Below, one piece after another: positions 46,336 through 57,090 of a DNA stretch of 64,000 bases. How positions within the stretch are numbered: position 1 is the stretch's first letter; every line of letters starts with the position of its first letter. The notes under the pieces were generated by a model. That model did no database searches, was not told the origin of the DNA, and saw nothing but the letters and a program-made list of their open reading frames with translations. The stretch is from a virus. Its lineage: Duplodnaviria; Heunggongvirae; Uroviricota; Caudoviricetes. A program made the translations under genes and the position numbers. The DNA is taken from IMG/VR virus record IMGVR_UViG_3300022188_000009. The stretch is one strand, 5' to 3'.

Positions 46336-46707
46336 ATGACTGAGAAAAAATGGAAAGGAATTACTAATAATTTTGCCCTGTTTCAGGGAGAGATTATAGC
46401 AGATCCCCAGTTTAACGGGGATTATGGATTTATGACGCTGCGTACAATAATTTTGCAACGTGATGCTAATGGTCAATTTGTTGAGGTTAATCAAGATATT
46501 CCAATAATGATTGAACCCGGATCACCAAATTTGAAAGTAGCTCGTGATTATATCAAGACTGGTCGAAAACTCCAGGCATGGGCACATTATAAATCTTGGG
46601 AAACAGACGGGGTGACACAGCACGCATTCGTTGTACGCAGAATAGATTTGGGTGACAAGCCTTATGAGGGACCACCTTCTGGAAGTACTCCCCCACTGCC
46701 GCAATAA
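46336..46707 (+). CDS. SSB-like OB-fold protein
   Basis: NNFALFQGEIIADPQF...GFMTLRT resembles the SSB N-terminus (N.V.LiGnLgrDPE). The C-terminus has a Pro-rich tail. RBS aaaaggaga. Confidence 0.4.
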   Translation: MTEKKWKGITNNFALFQGEIIADPQFNGDYGFMTLRTIILQRDANGQFVEVNQDIPIMIEPGSPNLKVARDYIKTGRKLQAWAHYKSWETDGVTQHAFVVRRIDLGDKPYEGPPSGSTPPLPQ

Positions 46708-46747
46708 TATTTTATGTTCGGGCAGAATAAGTTGGGAGGATTTTATT

Positions 46748-47173
46748 ATGGGAAAGAAAATTGCATTAGGACAAAGTACCGAAGCTCCAGCAACTGTAAT
46801 TGCAGCAATACCGCTTTCATTAGAAGAAAAAGTGGTGTTGCTGACAAAACAGGTCGAGGAATTAACTAAAGCATTTCATATTGTGAACAACATTCGTCTT
46901 AAAGATAAAAGACAGCAAGAAATTCATGATGAGCTTGGAGCCAAAAACATTAATATAGACAAAATACCAATTGGTTTAAGTTTGATAGGGATATCAGTAC
47001 TTGAAGGTATTCATATTCTAACTGTAACAGCAGATGGGTATTATATAGGGGAAACAAAATATAATTCACTGTCTGCAGCGGCTGAGGCTGTCAGTCACGT
47101 TAAAATAGATGGCTGGATATATTGGAAACTACCAGATGGGCGTACAGCTAAGGAAGCCTTTAGGAAGGACTAA
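46748..47173 (+). CDS. Hypothetical protein
   Basis: Start at MGKKIAL, with the RBS tgggagga. Confidence 0.45.
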   Translation: MGKKIALGQSTEAPATVIAAIPLSLEEKVVLLTKQVEELTKAFHIVNNIRLKDKRQQEIHDELGAKNINIDKIPIGLSLIGISVLEGIHILTVTADGYYIGETKYNSLSAAAEAVSHVKIDGWIYWKLPDGRTAKEAFRKD

Positions 47174-47700
47174 TGGGTAAAAAATCTAAGAAAAAACGTA
47201 AGAATTATAAATATACTAAAACTGAGTTCGTAGACATAATATGCACTAAATGTGGTCTGTGTCCTGAAGGAACAGATCCTGTGTTCTGTTATAATGACGT
47301 ATATGTCAATAATCATAAAAAGTTCATCAAAGTAATTTTTAAGAATCTTATTGAGGTTAAACGGTGGCTAGTTAATATTGGCCATTCTGACCCTACATTC
47401 TGCCCGGACGAAGATATTGAGTACATATTCAAGATGAGCTTTTGCCAATCAGATTACTGTAAACAAAGACCGCTTGCAAATCATAATTGTGCTTATTTAG
47501 CAGGCTGCATTGGTGCATTTCGTGGACAAATTAAAAACCCAAATAATCAGATTATGTTACTTAATGAGTATCGTAATCGGAAGAAGAAAGAGAAAAAGAA
47601 TAAAAACAGTTATAAGCAGCAACCATGCCCGACTTTCTTTTGTAAGCCTGGTATGGAAGACGAGGTTAAGAAGATTATAAATGGAAATAATATTAAATAA
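47173..47700 (+). CDS. Cys-rich basic protein
   Basis: Many Cys residues. The C-terminus is Lys/Arg-rich. Confidence 0.45.
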   Translation: MGKKSKKKRKNYKYTKTEFVDIICTKCGLCPEGTDPVFCYNDVYVNNHKKFIKVIFKNLIEVKRWLVNIGHSDPTFCPDEDIEYIFKMSFCQSDYCKQRPLANHNCAYLAGCIGAFRGQIKNPNNQIMLLNEYRNRKKKEKKNKNSYKQQPCPTFFCKPGMEDEVKKIINGNNIK

Positions 47701-49084
47701 TAGAATAAGAGTAAAGGACCCCCCTGAAATCATTAAGAACCTTTTAATTGAAAAATTATTAGTGGACAATCCGAAATTTCTAGAAGCAGAAGCATCTGGA
47801 CGTAGTACGTGGGGTATTGATAAAAATATATTAAATTTTGCTACTATGCCTGACGGTAGTTTTTTAGTTCCAAGAGGAATACGTCAGTGGCTAGTAAAAC
47901 AAGCAGAAGAAATACTTGGCCCCAATAATTTCACCATTACGGATGAAAGAACTATATTTGAGTATACTGAAGTAGACTCGTCTAGCATTAAATATAGACC
48001 ATATCAACTTGAAGCGGTGACTAATTTAGTTTCTAGTTCTCCTGAAGGGGTACTGGTTGCTCCTGCCGGCAGTGGTAAAACAGTAATGGGTTTGAGTTTA
48101 ATACCACTTGTGGGACAACCAGCCCTATGGTTAACACATACAGGAACATTAGCTGAACAGGCCAAAGAGAGAGCAGAGGCTTTCCTACCAAATATAGGAG
48201 AAATAGGACTATTCGGTAGAAGTGAGTGGGAGAAGGGCGATCTTCTTACTATAGGCATGATACAAACTCTCATTCGCAATCCAGAAAAGCTTATTAAAAT
48301 GAGGGATGAATGGGGGTTGGTTATACTTGATGAAGCTCATCACTGTTCCTCTAGAACTTTTTTAGAGGTTGTTCAACACTTAAATCCCTATTATATATAT
48401 GGACTAACCGCTACTCCATATAGAAGAGATAAGTTAGAAATGTTGATGTTCCAGACATTAGGGGAAACTAAAACCATAATACCAATTAAAAAGGTAGAGA
48501 AACATGGCGGTATTATAGTTCCAAAAATTCGGTGTAGAGCTGTCATTTCAAAACAAATAGACGGTAATAATATTCAAGAAATATTAAAAGTAATTATTAG
48601 TGACAAGAAAAGAAATAACATGATTGTTAGTGATGTCATTGCAGAAGCCACAGCAGGCCACTTTTGTATAGTAATTAGTGATCGTAGGGCTCATTGTGAA
48701 ACTCTCCATAAGCTAATACAAACTAAGTGGAAAAAGACAGACATTGTTACTGGTAAATATAACCGTAAACATATCAATAGACAAGTTGACAGATACAATA
48801 AAAACGAGATAACCGTATTAGTAGCCACATTTGCTCTTCTTGGTGAAGGGTTTGATGTACCGTTCCTTGATCGTGCTTTTATCGCTATGCCATTTAGGGC
48901 AGAAGCTAAGACAGAGCAATTGATTGGAAGGATACAAAGAGCATATCCTGGAAAAAAGGATGCTATAGTATATGATTATATTGACATAAATATCGGTGTT
49001 TTAGAAAACCAATTTTCAAACAGAAAAAAAGCTTCTAGAAGTAGAGTGTATAATAGACTTGGTGTAGAGATAGAACACTATTAA
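47681..49084 (+). CDS. Superfamily-2 DEAH-box helicase (SNF2/UvsW/type-III-Res-like)
   Basis: Walker A in APAGSGKTVMG. Motif II in LVILDEAHHC. C-terminal helicase motifs in VLVATFALLGEGFDVP and IGRIQRA. Confidence 0.75.
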   Translation: MEIILNNRIRVKDPPEIIKNLLIEKLLVDNPKFLEAEASGRSTWGIDKNILNFATMPDGSFLVPRGIRQWLVKQAEEILGPNNFTITDERTIFEYTEVDSSSIKYRPYQLEAVTNLVSSSPEGVLVAPAGSGKTVMGLSLIPLVGQPALWLTHTGTLAEQAKERAEAFLPNIGEIGLFGRSEWEKGDLLTIGMIQTLIRNPEKLIKMRDEWGLVILDEAHHCSSRTFLEVVQHLNPYYIYGLTATPYRRDKLEMLMFQTLGETKTIIPIKKVEKHGGIIVPKIRCRAVISKQIDGNNIQEILKVIISDKKRNNMIVSDVIAEATAGHFCIVISDRRAHCETLHKLIQTKWKKTDIVTGKYNRKHINRQVDRYNKNEITVLVATFALLGEGFDVPFLDRAFIAMPFRAEAKTEQLIGRIQRAYPGKKDAIVYDYIDINIGVLENQFSNRKKASRSRVYNRLGVEIEHY

Positions 49085-49097
49085 TGGGGGGATGTAG

Positions 49098-50261
49098 ATG
49101 GAACTGAGTATAAAAATTTCTGCTACTATGAATAAGGAATCAGATTGGAACGATTTTTATGAACATCGTATTATCCGATTGCCTGCAGATGCTAGATCAA
49201 AATATAATTTACAGATTGAAGATTTTCTCTATCTGAGGAATAAATTTGGTGGGTATATAACCCTACAGATAGCAGAGGCATTTAAAGAGGATGTTGAAAG
49301 AAATCATCTATGTGGTTACGTAACTGCCACGAATTATGATAAATTATTTATTAAATCCCAAGATACTAATGAAGTCCAACAAGTGAGGGATATAACCCTC
49401 GGCTGTGACCCAGAAGCTTTTTTAGTTGATACTACAACCGGTAACATTATCGCAGCTCATCGATTTATGAAAAAATACGGGGATGTTGGACACGATGGTA
49501 TGTTACTTGAATTCAGACCATTACCATCAACCAGTGAAAATGTAGTTACAGCAAATATTGCAAATTTAATAATGAAAGCAAGAAAAATACTTAATGAGAG
49601 CACTGAGGGGCTTAAATACACGATGGTTGGTGCTTCCTCATGTCACGGCCTAGCTGCAGGTTTTCATCTCCATTACGGGCTTCCTGCAGGCCTTCTTGGA
49701 CGTAGACCAGCTGTGTCTAATATCGCTAAATTAATGACCAAAGCATTTGATTATTATATAGGTATTCCATCTATTATACCTGAAGGAAATGAAGACACCA
49801 GTAGACGAACGATGCAATTTGTTGAATATGGGAAGCCTGGTGGATACCGTTTAGATAATCGTACCTTTGAATATAGATTGCCTGGTGGTATAAATTTGAG
49901 GCATCCTTGTTTAACAAGAGGGCTTATGGCTCTGGGGGCCGTTGTTGTGGAGGACTTAGTTAGTAGGATACATACAAGTACTGATTACTTCTCAAATTTG
50001 AAAGAGGTGGCCACGGATGAGGATTTAAAAACTATTTATCCGAGATTACCTGTTATTGAGACACTTTATTCGGTAATCTGTAATCCTGATATCGGTCCTG
50101 CGAAAGCACATTTTGATGTTATAAAGGAAGATATACGAAAAATGATCGGTTACAGTGAACGTGCAGCATCAGTTGAATCTTATTTTACGTGTTTGGATCA
50201 TGGTATCCAGTATGATTCTAATCTTGAAGCAAATTGGGGAGGTTTTAATGAGAAACAGTAA
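49098..50261 (+). CDS. Carboxylate-amine ligase (GCS2/GS-like amidoligase), copy 2
   Basis: Carries ITLGCDPEAFLVD, and HGLAAGFHLHYG as the HxH motif. RBS gggggg. Confidence 0.55.
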   Translation: MELSIKISATMNKESDWNDFYEHRIIRLPADARSKYNLQIEDFLYLRNKFGGYITLQIAEAFKEDVERNHLCGYVTATNYDKLFIKSQDTNEVQQVRDITLGCDPEAFLVDTTTGNIIAAHRFMKKYGDVGHDGMLLEFRPLPSTSENVVTANIANLIMKARKILNESTEGLKYTMVGASSCHGLAAGFHLHYGLPAGLLGRRPAVSNIAKLMTKAFDYYIGIPSIIPEGNEDTSRRTMQFVEYGKPGGYRLDNRTFEYRLPGGINLRHPCLTRGLMALGAVVVEDLVSRIHTSTDYFSNLKEVATDEDLKTIYPRLPVIETLYSVICNPDIGPAKAHFDVIKEDIRKMIGYSERAASVESYFTCLDHGIQYDSNLEANWGGFNEKQ

Positions 50262-51936
50262 AGACAAGTGGTCGTTTTATAATCTACCATCACGACCAGA
50301 CTTGAATGCTGGAGAAATTATGTATTGGAAGAATACTCTTAAGAAAATTCTAAAGATTGGCTTAGAGTTTGAATATAATCTCCCAGAAAAGAAAAACGGG
50401 TCCTGTAAAGGTGATAGTACTACATGCCCGTGTGTAAATTTAACGCCTGAAAATGACTGTTGGCAACAATGTATTAATACAGAAGCATGCAACTTAATTA
50501 AACCAAATTTAGAGCTGTGTGATAATGTTACAGGTACATGTGAACCAGAAGACTGTAATACATGTGCTCACTTTACTCCGCATTGTAACGGAATATTTTG
50601 CCCTAATTTTGTTAGTTATTGCTTTGCATGCTCTGATTTTCGTAATGATTGTAAAAACTGTAAGTATAAGTATGATCCAAATCGTAATCCAGAAAATATT
50701 CGAAAACATATGATTAATGAATTAAAACCTAACAATACTTACGGTCAGGTTAGCCCAACAGGCGTTCACAGTATAGTAACTGATGGTTCCTTACTTGGTA
50801 AACGTGGGGCAGAAATTATTACTGTTGGTCGACGTGTAGATTATTGGGAATTTTATCGAATGGCTGAAAACATCATCAGTCTATCAACTAAACGTGGTGC
50901 GTACTTAAATGAAAGATGTAGCATCCACATGCACGCCTTAGCCAGTTACTATGGCAAGGTAGTTCCTGGGCAGGAAAAACTCAGTGTTCCAACTCGTGTA
51001 AATGAAATGGAGCGTGATATGCCCGAAATTATTTTAGCAAATTTACACCAGTTAGTTAGGCGTTACCAAAATGCTATGACATGGATGGTAATGGGCCTGT
51101 CAGAACAACACAGAATGACAAGATGGGAAAAATTTAGAGTTAGTGTACTCCCAGTTAGTGCTGTTATGAATCATATGTGTGAAGTACAGCAAAAAGTTGC
51201 CTCTAACGCAGGGGGGAATAAGTATGGATGGATTAATTATAGTAATATTGAATTTTCACCAACTGGCGATGTTAGTAGATTCCATGTAGAGTTTAGAGCA
51301 GCAGACGGTCTTAATTCTCCAAGTGCTGTTGCAGCTATTGCTTGTATGTACTATGCTCTTGTTATTAAAGCAGTAGAGATAAGTCGTTACGGTGTTGTGG
51401 AAATTGGCGGAGATAACTGGACAAAACAAGCAGATACAGTAAAGAAAGTATTACTGAATAATATGAGTTCGTATAATGAAGGTGATCGTTTTGGAGATAC
51501 TTCCAAACTTCACAAATATTATAATATTCTTATTGGTGAGTCGCTTGATTTGGTACGACAGTTGAAATCTATATTGATTAAGATTGGGCCTGCTTTTGAA
51601 GTACTTGAAAAATTGGCAGAACGCCCCTGTGCTTTACGCCTTGTTGATGGCCAAACCTGGGAACGTATTGAAGACGACCTAAAAGTCATCGTTAATAAAG
51701 AAGGTATGTTTGAATTAACTGTTAGTGAGATTATTACACTTAACCAAGTATCTGAGTGTCGTGATATAGATGAATGGGTTGGAGTTATTGGTCAGATTTT
51801 GCGTAATGACCCTGAATTAAATATTGATCCGGATAATGTGGAAGTCGAAGATACTATAAAAAGTTTCGTAATTAAAAAACAAGAAGAGGGTGAGTTGGTG
51901 TGGTCAAAGAACATCGGAGCCCCTATACTTATTTAA
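50248..51936 (+). CDS. GS-like amidoligase (GxExE type) with an approximately 90-aa Cys-rich insertion (about 20 Cys)
   Basis: IGLEFEYNLP matches the GxExE N-terminal strand motif of GS/GCS2-like ligases. ERCSIHMHALAS is the HxH motif. Start at MRNSK, with the RBS ggggagg. Confidence 0.45.
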   Translation: MRNSKDKWSFYNLPSRPDLNAGEIMYWKNTLKKILKIGLEFEYNLPEKKNGSCKGDSTTCPCVNLTPENDCWQQCINTEACNLIKPNLELCDNVTGTCEPEDCNTCAHFTPHCNGIFCPNFVSYCFACSDFRNDCKNCKYKYDPNRNPENIRKHMINELKPNNTYGQVSPTGVHSIVTDGSLLGKRGAEIITVGRRVDYWEFYRMAENIISLSTKRGAYLNERCSIHMHALASYYGKVVPGQEKLSVPTRVNEMERDMPEIILANLHQLVRRYQNAMTWMVMGLSEQHRMTRWEKFRVSVLPVSAVMNHMCEVQQKVASNAGGNKYGWINYSNIEFSPTGDVSRFHVEFRAADGLNSPSAVAAIACMYYALVIKAVEISRYGVVEIGGDNWTKQADTVKKVLLNNMSSYNEGDRFGDTSKLHKYYNILIGESLDLVRQLKSILIKIGPAFEVLEKLAERPCALRLVDGQTWERIEDDLKVIVNKEGMFELTVSEIITLNQVSECRDIDEWVGVIGQILRNDPELNIDPDNVEVEDTIKSFVIKKQEEGELVWSKNIGAPILI

Positions 51937-51945
51937 GAGGTGCTT

Positions 51946-52767
51946 ATGTGTGCTATTTTTGGAGTAGGATTTCAACGAGGTTGTAAAATATGTAATAATG
52001 AGATGGTACGGGAGATTATCCGTAATTTATTTCTTGAAAATATGGTAAGGGGCCGGACAGCTTCTGGCCTCGCCTATGTTTCAGGTAAAGAAATTCAAGT
52101 AATTAAGAAGAATACTGCTGCTTGTGATTTTATTCAGTTACCTGACTATAAAAAATCAAATCTTACATATTTAAAAATGTCGAATTCTGAAGATTCTATA
52201 AATTCAGAACATCGACCTGTTTCGGTACTTGGACATTGCAGATTAAAAACGAAAGGGACAGAACTTAATAATGTCAACAATCACCCAATTATAAGAGATA
52301 ATATAGTTGGAGTGCATAACGGTATGATTAGTAATGATGACTACTTATTTGACCATTATTCAGATAAATTCAAGCGTAACGGAAAAGTCGATAGTGAGAT
52401 TATATTTGCATTAATTGAGCATTATTCTGGCAATAACGGGACAATAGTTGAAGCCATTCAGAAAGCAAATCAAGAGATCTACGGAGGATTTGCCTGTGCC
52501 ATGGTACATAGATTTCAACCATACATTGTGTGGTTATTTAGAAACAGCAATCCATGTTCTATTTTTCATTACAAAGATAGTGGCCTTGTAATCTGGTCAT
52601 CAATGCCACAGTTTATAAGGTCGGCAACAAAAGGATATACTTTAGGGGAACCAGAAGAAATTGAATTTCCTGCAGAGACTGGAATTGCAATTGATCTATA
52701 TCAGAATAAATTTTACAGGTTCAAATTAAAGGACCAAGGAAAAGAAACTAATGCAGGAGTTCACTAA
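51946..52767 (+). CDS. Class-II (Ntn) glutamine amidotransferase, copy 1
   Basis: N-terminal MCAIFG, whose Cys would be exposed after Met removal. Also RGRTASGLA, HCRLKTKG...NNHP and VDSEII. RBS agaggtg. Confidence 0.6.
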   Translation: MCAIFGVGFQRGCKICNNEMVREIIRNLFLENMVRGRTASGLAYVSGKEIQVIKKNTAACDFIQLPDYKKSNLTYLKMSNSEDSINSEHRPVSVLGHCRLKTKGTELNNVNNHPIIRDNIVGVHNGMISNDDYLFDHYSDKFKRNGKVDSEIIFALIEHYSGNNGTIVEAIQKANQEIYGGFACAMVHRFQPYIVWLFRNSNPCSIFHYKDSGLVIWSSMPQFIRSATKGYTLGEPEEIEFPAETGIAIDLYQNKFYRFKLKDQGKETNAGVH

Positions 52768-53734
52768 ATATTTAATGGGGGTTATGGAACAACCAAAGTT
52801 ACTTGAAGAAAAATCCCCATCACCAACTGTTTGTATAGGACAAATGCTTTATGAACCAGGTATGCCTATTCCACTAATGTCACCTGTTATAATTGATACT
52901 AACTATCAAGAAAAATCGAGTTACACCCTTCAAATTAGTGAGTCTAACAGAGTGTTTGTGAAAGTAAAAACATATTTTCCGCCTAATAGTAATTTTAACC
53001 CGATTAATACAATAGTAACAAATGTTAATAAAGTTAGTGTAACAGAGCCCAAACAATTACTTGACAACCATTGTGTTAAAGATATCGATATATTTAAAAA
53101 AGAAAATATAGGTAAGATTGCAGACTATGTTAAGGAACACGGGGTAATCACTTTTAGAATGGAAAACCCCAATACGGCTATAAATTTTATGAGCACCTGT
53201 TTAAAAAGTGTAAAAAGTGATTATAGATATTCCTGTTTCATAAAACGGTTTTGTGTGGGAAATAGACACCCTAGACTTTCATGTATTGATGATACTTTGA
53301 TCTTATTTGTTAGTTTTTTCGACTTGCCTTATGCAATTCCTGTATATAATAAGAAAAAAGCTGATGGTATGGGAGTACGCATCGGCATGTACTGGCCAAA
53401 ATCTACAAAAAAAATGGGTAAGTTGTGTGAGGTTGACTCATTGTACTTTGCAGTATCTATGCACCCTGATAACTTGTTGCACATTGATGGGCAAAAAATA
53501 AATAAACCTGGATTTATTTGTAATGATTATATAGATAATTTCTGTAATACATTGAATAACGAGATTAAACGACGTAAAGATTTACCAAGGCTTATTGAAG
53601 AGGCTAAACAAAATAAGAAAAAAGAAGAAGGAGAACCAAGTAAATTTACAGATGTGTATTTAAGTACAACAAATTTAGGTAGTTCAGCTACTTCTTATAC
53701 GTATACAACTAGTAGTAATACATCAACTTATTAA
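52751..53734 (+). CDS. Hypothetical protein with a Ser/Thr-rich C-terminus
   Basis: Lies between the two class-II GATase genes. Confidence 0.45.
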   Translation: MQEFTKYLMGVMEQPKLLEEKSPSPTVCIGQMLYEPGMPIPLMSPVIIDTNYQEKSSYTLQISESNRVFVKVKTYFPPNSNFNPINTIVTNVNKVSVTEPKQLLDNHCVKDIDIFKKENIGKIADYVKEHGVITFRMENPNTAINFMSTCLKSVKSDYRYSCFIKRFCVGNRHPRLSCIDDTLILFVSFFDLPYAIPVYNKKKADGMGVRIGMYWPKSTKKMGKLCEVDSLYFAVSMHPDNLLHIDGQKINKPGFICNDYIDNFCNTLNNEIKRRKDLPRLIEEAKQNKKKEEGEPSKFTDVYLSTTNLGSSATSYTYTTSSNTSTY

Positions 53735-53756
53735 AATAAAGGTTAGGAGGTAACCC

Positions 53757-55763
53757 ATGTGTGGAGTTGTAAGTGCATTAGCATACGGTGAGTTTGAGAC
53801 AAATAGAGAGGAAAAGACTCGACAAGAGTCCATTATTTTCCTTGTTTCTGAATTACTCCAACTCACGCAATCACGAGGCAAAGACGCCACAGGTATTGCA
53901 ACTATGTTCGCAAATTGTGACTATATGGGGCTGAAGATGGGTGTTTCGGCTCAAGAGTTTGTTGGACGATTTGGTGGAACGGAGAAGGATTATGACGGTT
54001 ATTTGGATATATGGCGGAAGAAAAAACATCCAGCTAAGATTGTTATTGGACACTGTCGTAAACCATCGGTAGGAGGCAACGCCGGTGCAGACGACAATAA
54101 TAACAATCACCCAATTAAAGTAGGTGATATTATTGGAGTACATAACGGTACATTAGATAACCATGAAAACATATTCAAAAATTTGGATTGTACTCCTGAA
54201 TCTAACGTGGATAGTGAAGCTATCTTCAGGCTGCTACACCATTTTACTGATAATGGTACAAAACCTTTCACAACTGAAAGTATACTTGAGACCTGTAAAC
54301 GTATGGGTGGTACTTACTCATGTTTAACATTTAGTGGTAATAACCCATATCAAATGGCCGCATTTCGCGATGGTCGGCCTCTGGAAGCATGTATAATACG
54401 TCCACTCAAATTATTACTTATCGCAAGTGATAAGGATTTTCTGAAAGCAGCAGTCTTCCGTTATAACAAAATGGCTCATCTATATCAGACTGGGGCTGTT
54501 AAATTTCTATCATTAAAGAAAGACGATATAGACCTTGAGACGTTAAAAGATGACTGTATGTATCTTTTTGATGTGCAGGATGAAATAAATTCAAAAACAC
54601 AGATTAAAGATCTGTATATTTCTGAAAAGGTACCACGTGCAGATAAAATTTGGAAAAAATCCGGTGGATCTACAACTATGTGGCATCGTAATAACCAGAA
54701 TCGTAATACAGTGGTAAAAAAAACAACAGTGACAACATCCAAACCGGACAACCAGTCTGGGACTCATGGAAAAGAAAGTACAACTGGGGATAATAAAACA
54801 AAACGGTTGGGTATGGTTTGGAATCGAAGTAATTATAAATATGAATCCATTCATGATGTGGATAAAGCGGATAAACATGGAAGTACAGAAATTGATATAG
54901 ATAATGGGGAAATAATTGATATTTCTAATAATGTAATAATTCAAGAAGGCGAAAAAAAAATAGACAAATCGATCTTACAAGTAGAAAATGATATTACACA
55001 TCCTCTTGAAGAGTCAGATAATCCTGTAGATAATCTTATTTCTGACCCAGCTAAAATTAATGAAATTGCTATTTCTCAAATTGAGGAGATACAGAATAAA
55101 ACTAACTCTTCAGACACAAACAACACCTCTGAGGATGTTAATTTACCCAAAAAAGCCCTTCTACTTGATTATGTAAAGCAACATAAGAAAATCGAGATAG
55201 ATGCATCGACTTACCCTGATGTTGTAGAAAAGGCCCAAAAAGCTACAAAAGAAGAAGAAACCTTCAGCAGCAACGACGAGCTTGCTGATGCTATTGAAGT
55301 AACAAATGTAAATATTATGAAAAATATGTCTACATACTCTTTAGCTAATCGGATCAAGGCGTTCTTCTTTAGAAAAGGCTGGTATGCTGGGTATATTACA
55401 CGCATGAAAGAAGAAGAGAGTGTAATGGTTGGGGGTGATTACTCACGTAAAATGTTGATAAGATCTCGTAATAAAGCTCTTAATGCTCAGAAAACCATTA
55501 AAATGATGAAAATAATGGTAAAGATTTACGATAATATAACTGGACAATGCTTGCTTACGCCTACTTATGGCAACGTTTTTGGCAAACAACAGTCCCATAT
55601 CATCCAGGATTGTAAAATTAATCGAGCAGTAACTGAAATTTTTGATAAAAATGAACATATCAGACCCAACTCTGTGCTGAATCTATTTAGTGAAGGAGAT
55701 ATGAAAAATAGTTCATTCTTAAAACGTATTACATCTGCGATATCACACAAATGCAGTAATTAG
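53757..55763 (+). CDS. Class-II (Ntn) glutamine amidotransferase, copy 2, with an approximately 440-aa C-terminal extension
   Basis: N-terminal MCGVVSA. Also ATGIATMF, HCRKPSVGGN...NNHP and VDSEAIF. RBS ggaggtaa. Confidence 0.6.
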   Translation: MCGVVSALAYGEFETNREEKTRQESIIFLVSELLQLTQSRGKDATGIATMFANCDYMGLKMGVSAQEFVGRFGGTEKDYDGYLDIWRKKKHPAKIVIGHCRKPSVGGNAGADDNNNNHPIKVGDIIGVHNGTLDNHENIFKNLDCTPESNVDSEAIFRLLHHFTDNGTKPFTTESILETCKRMGGTYSCLTFSGNNPYQMAAFRDGRPLEACIIRPLKLLLIASDKDFLKAAVFRYNKMAHLYQTGAVKFLSLKKDDIDLETLKDDCMYLFDVQDEINSKTQIKDLYISEKVPRADKIWKKSGGSTTMWHRNNQNRNTVVKKTTVTTSKPDNQSGTHGKESTTGDNKTKRLGMVWNRSNYKYESIHDVDKADKHGSTEIDIDNGEIIDISNNVIIQEGEKKIDKSILQVENDITHPLEESDNPVDNLISDPAKINEIAISQIEEIQNKTNSSDTNNTSEDVNLPKKALLLDYVKQHKKIEIDASTYPDVVEKAQKATKEEETFSSNDELADAIEVTNVNIMKNMSTYSLANRIKAFFFRKGWYAGYITRMKEEESVMVGGDYSRKMLIRSRNKALNAQKTIKMMKIMVKIYDNITGQCLLTPTYGNVFGKQQSHIIQDCKINRAVTEIFDKNEHIRPNSVLNLFSEGDMKNSSFLKRITSAISHKCSN

Positions 55764-55776
55764 GAGGATATAGTTT

Positions 55777-57069
55777 ATGGCACGCGAAAAGTTAATTATA
55801 GTCCAATCTGCAAGTATGGATAGTAATAAAAAGAAAGATAGGAATGAACACAGTCTTATTCGTATGAGTAAAGTTACCCGTAATACTATGGACTTCGATA
55901 ATAGTGTAGAAGTGTATCCTGTAACTAAAAGTACTGAAAAAAGAATGAAAGGAGCAATGCTTCTGGACATTTTTCAAGCTTTTTCAACTGATATTAAAAA
56001 GCTTCGTGCTGAAGGATTCACTGATACTGAGCTCAACAACGTTGGATTTGTAACTACCAAAACATTCAACAAGATTAACGGTGTTACTAAAGAAAGTAGT
56101 GGAAATATATGGGTAACTGATGATATCGCTGATACTATTATTGGTGCAGATCCTGAATTCCTACTATTCGATAATAATGGTGAAGTTATTCGTGCGAACA
56201 ACGTACTTGGCTATCACGGCCCTATTGGATGTGATGGTGCAATGGCTGAAGTTCGTCCTATGCCTGCCATTCAACCGGAAGAATTGGTTGAAAATATGGA
56301 AAAATTGTTTAAAACTAAGGAATTAGTAGAAGCAATTGAGCCGTATAACTGGATGGCTGGGTGTTATTATAAAGATAGTGCTCGTGATTACCCACTTGGT
56401 GGCCATATTCATATTGGTAATCCAATAAAAGTGGCCAATATGGATAGTTCAATACGAAGAAGATTTTTCACGTCCTTCAATAAAATTTTGGATGAACTAC
56501 TGGCTGTGCCAATGATCAAAATTGACGGTAGTTCTCTTGGTCGTGCTCGACGAACAGAGTGCTCTATGGGAAAATATGGGTATTTTGGAGAGTTTAGAGT
56601 ATGTAATGGTCGACTGGAATATAGAACCTTAAGTGGGCTGTGGATGATGCACCCAACATTGGCTATAATGGTTCTAGGCACAGCTAAAGCTATTATTGAT
56701 GAAGTATTTCGGCATGTAGCAGATAAAGAGTACAAACCTACCTATACATGTCCTTCAAAGTTCAATGATACCAATGTGTGGAAAAAAGATTTTGATTTAT
56801 GGGCTCAAATTCCCTTATGTAAAGATCTTGGCTGTACAAAATCTTCTGATAAAATGATTGAACTATTGCATAATTCATCAGCAACCAAGATTACTGTTCC
56901 TTATTTAAAAAGTTGGTATGGAAGAATGAAAAAATTATCGACTTACAAACAGTATGGTAAATATATTGACGGGCTATATGAAATATTGAAGAATAGTACT
57001 AAAACTTTTAACAATTATGATAAGAGAATACAGTCTAATTGGTTAGAAGACAAAAAATTCTTAGATTAA
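55777..57069 (+). CDS. Carboxylate-amine ligase (GCS2/GS-like amidoligase), copy 3
   Basis: Carries IGADPEFLLFD and LGGHIHIGNP. RBS aggagg. Confidence 0.55.
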   Translation: MAREKLIIVQSASMDSNKKKDRNEHSLIRMSKVTRNTMDFDNSVEVYPVTKSTEKRMKGAMLLDIFQAFSTDIKKLRAEGFTDTELNNVGFVTTKTFNKINGVTKESSGNIWVTDDIADTIIGADPEFLLFDNNGEVIRANNVLGYHGPIGCDGAMAEVRPMPAIQPEELVENMEKLFKTKELVEAIEPYNWMAGCYYKDSARDYPLGGHIHIGNPIKVANMDSSIRRRFFTSFNKILDELLAVPMIKIDGSSLGRARRTECSMGKYGYFGEFRVCNGRLEYRTLSGLWMMHPTLAIMVLGTAKAIIDEVFRHVADKEYKPTYTCPSKFNDTNVWKKDFDLWAQIPLCKDLGCTKSSDKMIELLHNSSATKITVPYLKSWYGRMKKLSTYKQYGKYIDGLYEILKNSTKTFNNYDKRIQSNWLEDKKFLD

Positions 57070-57090
57070 TAAAAGGATTAAATAAAACAA

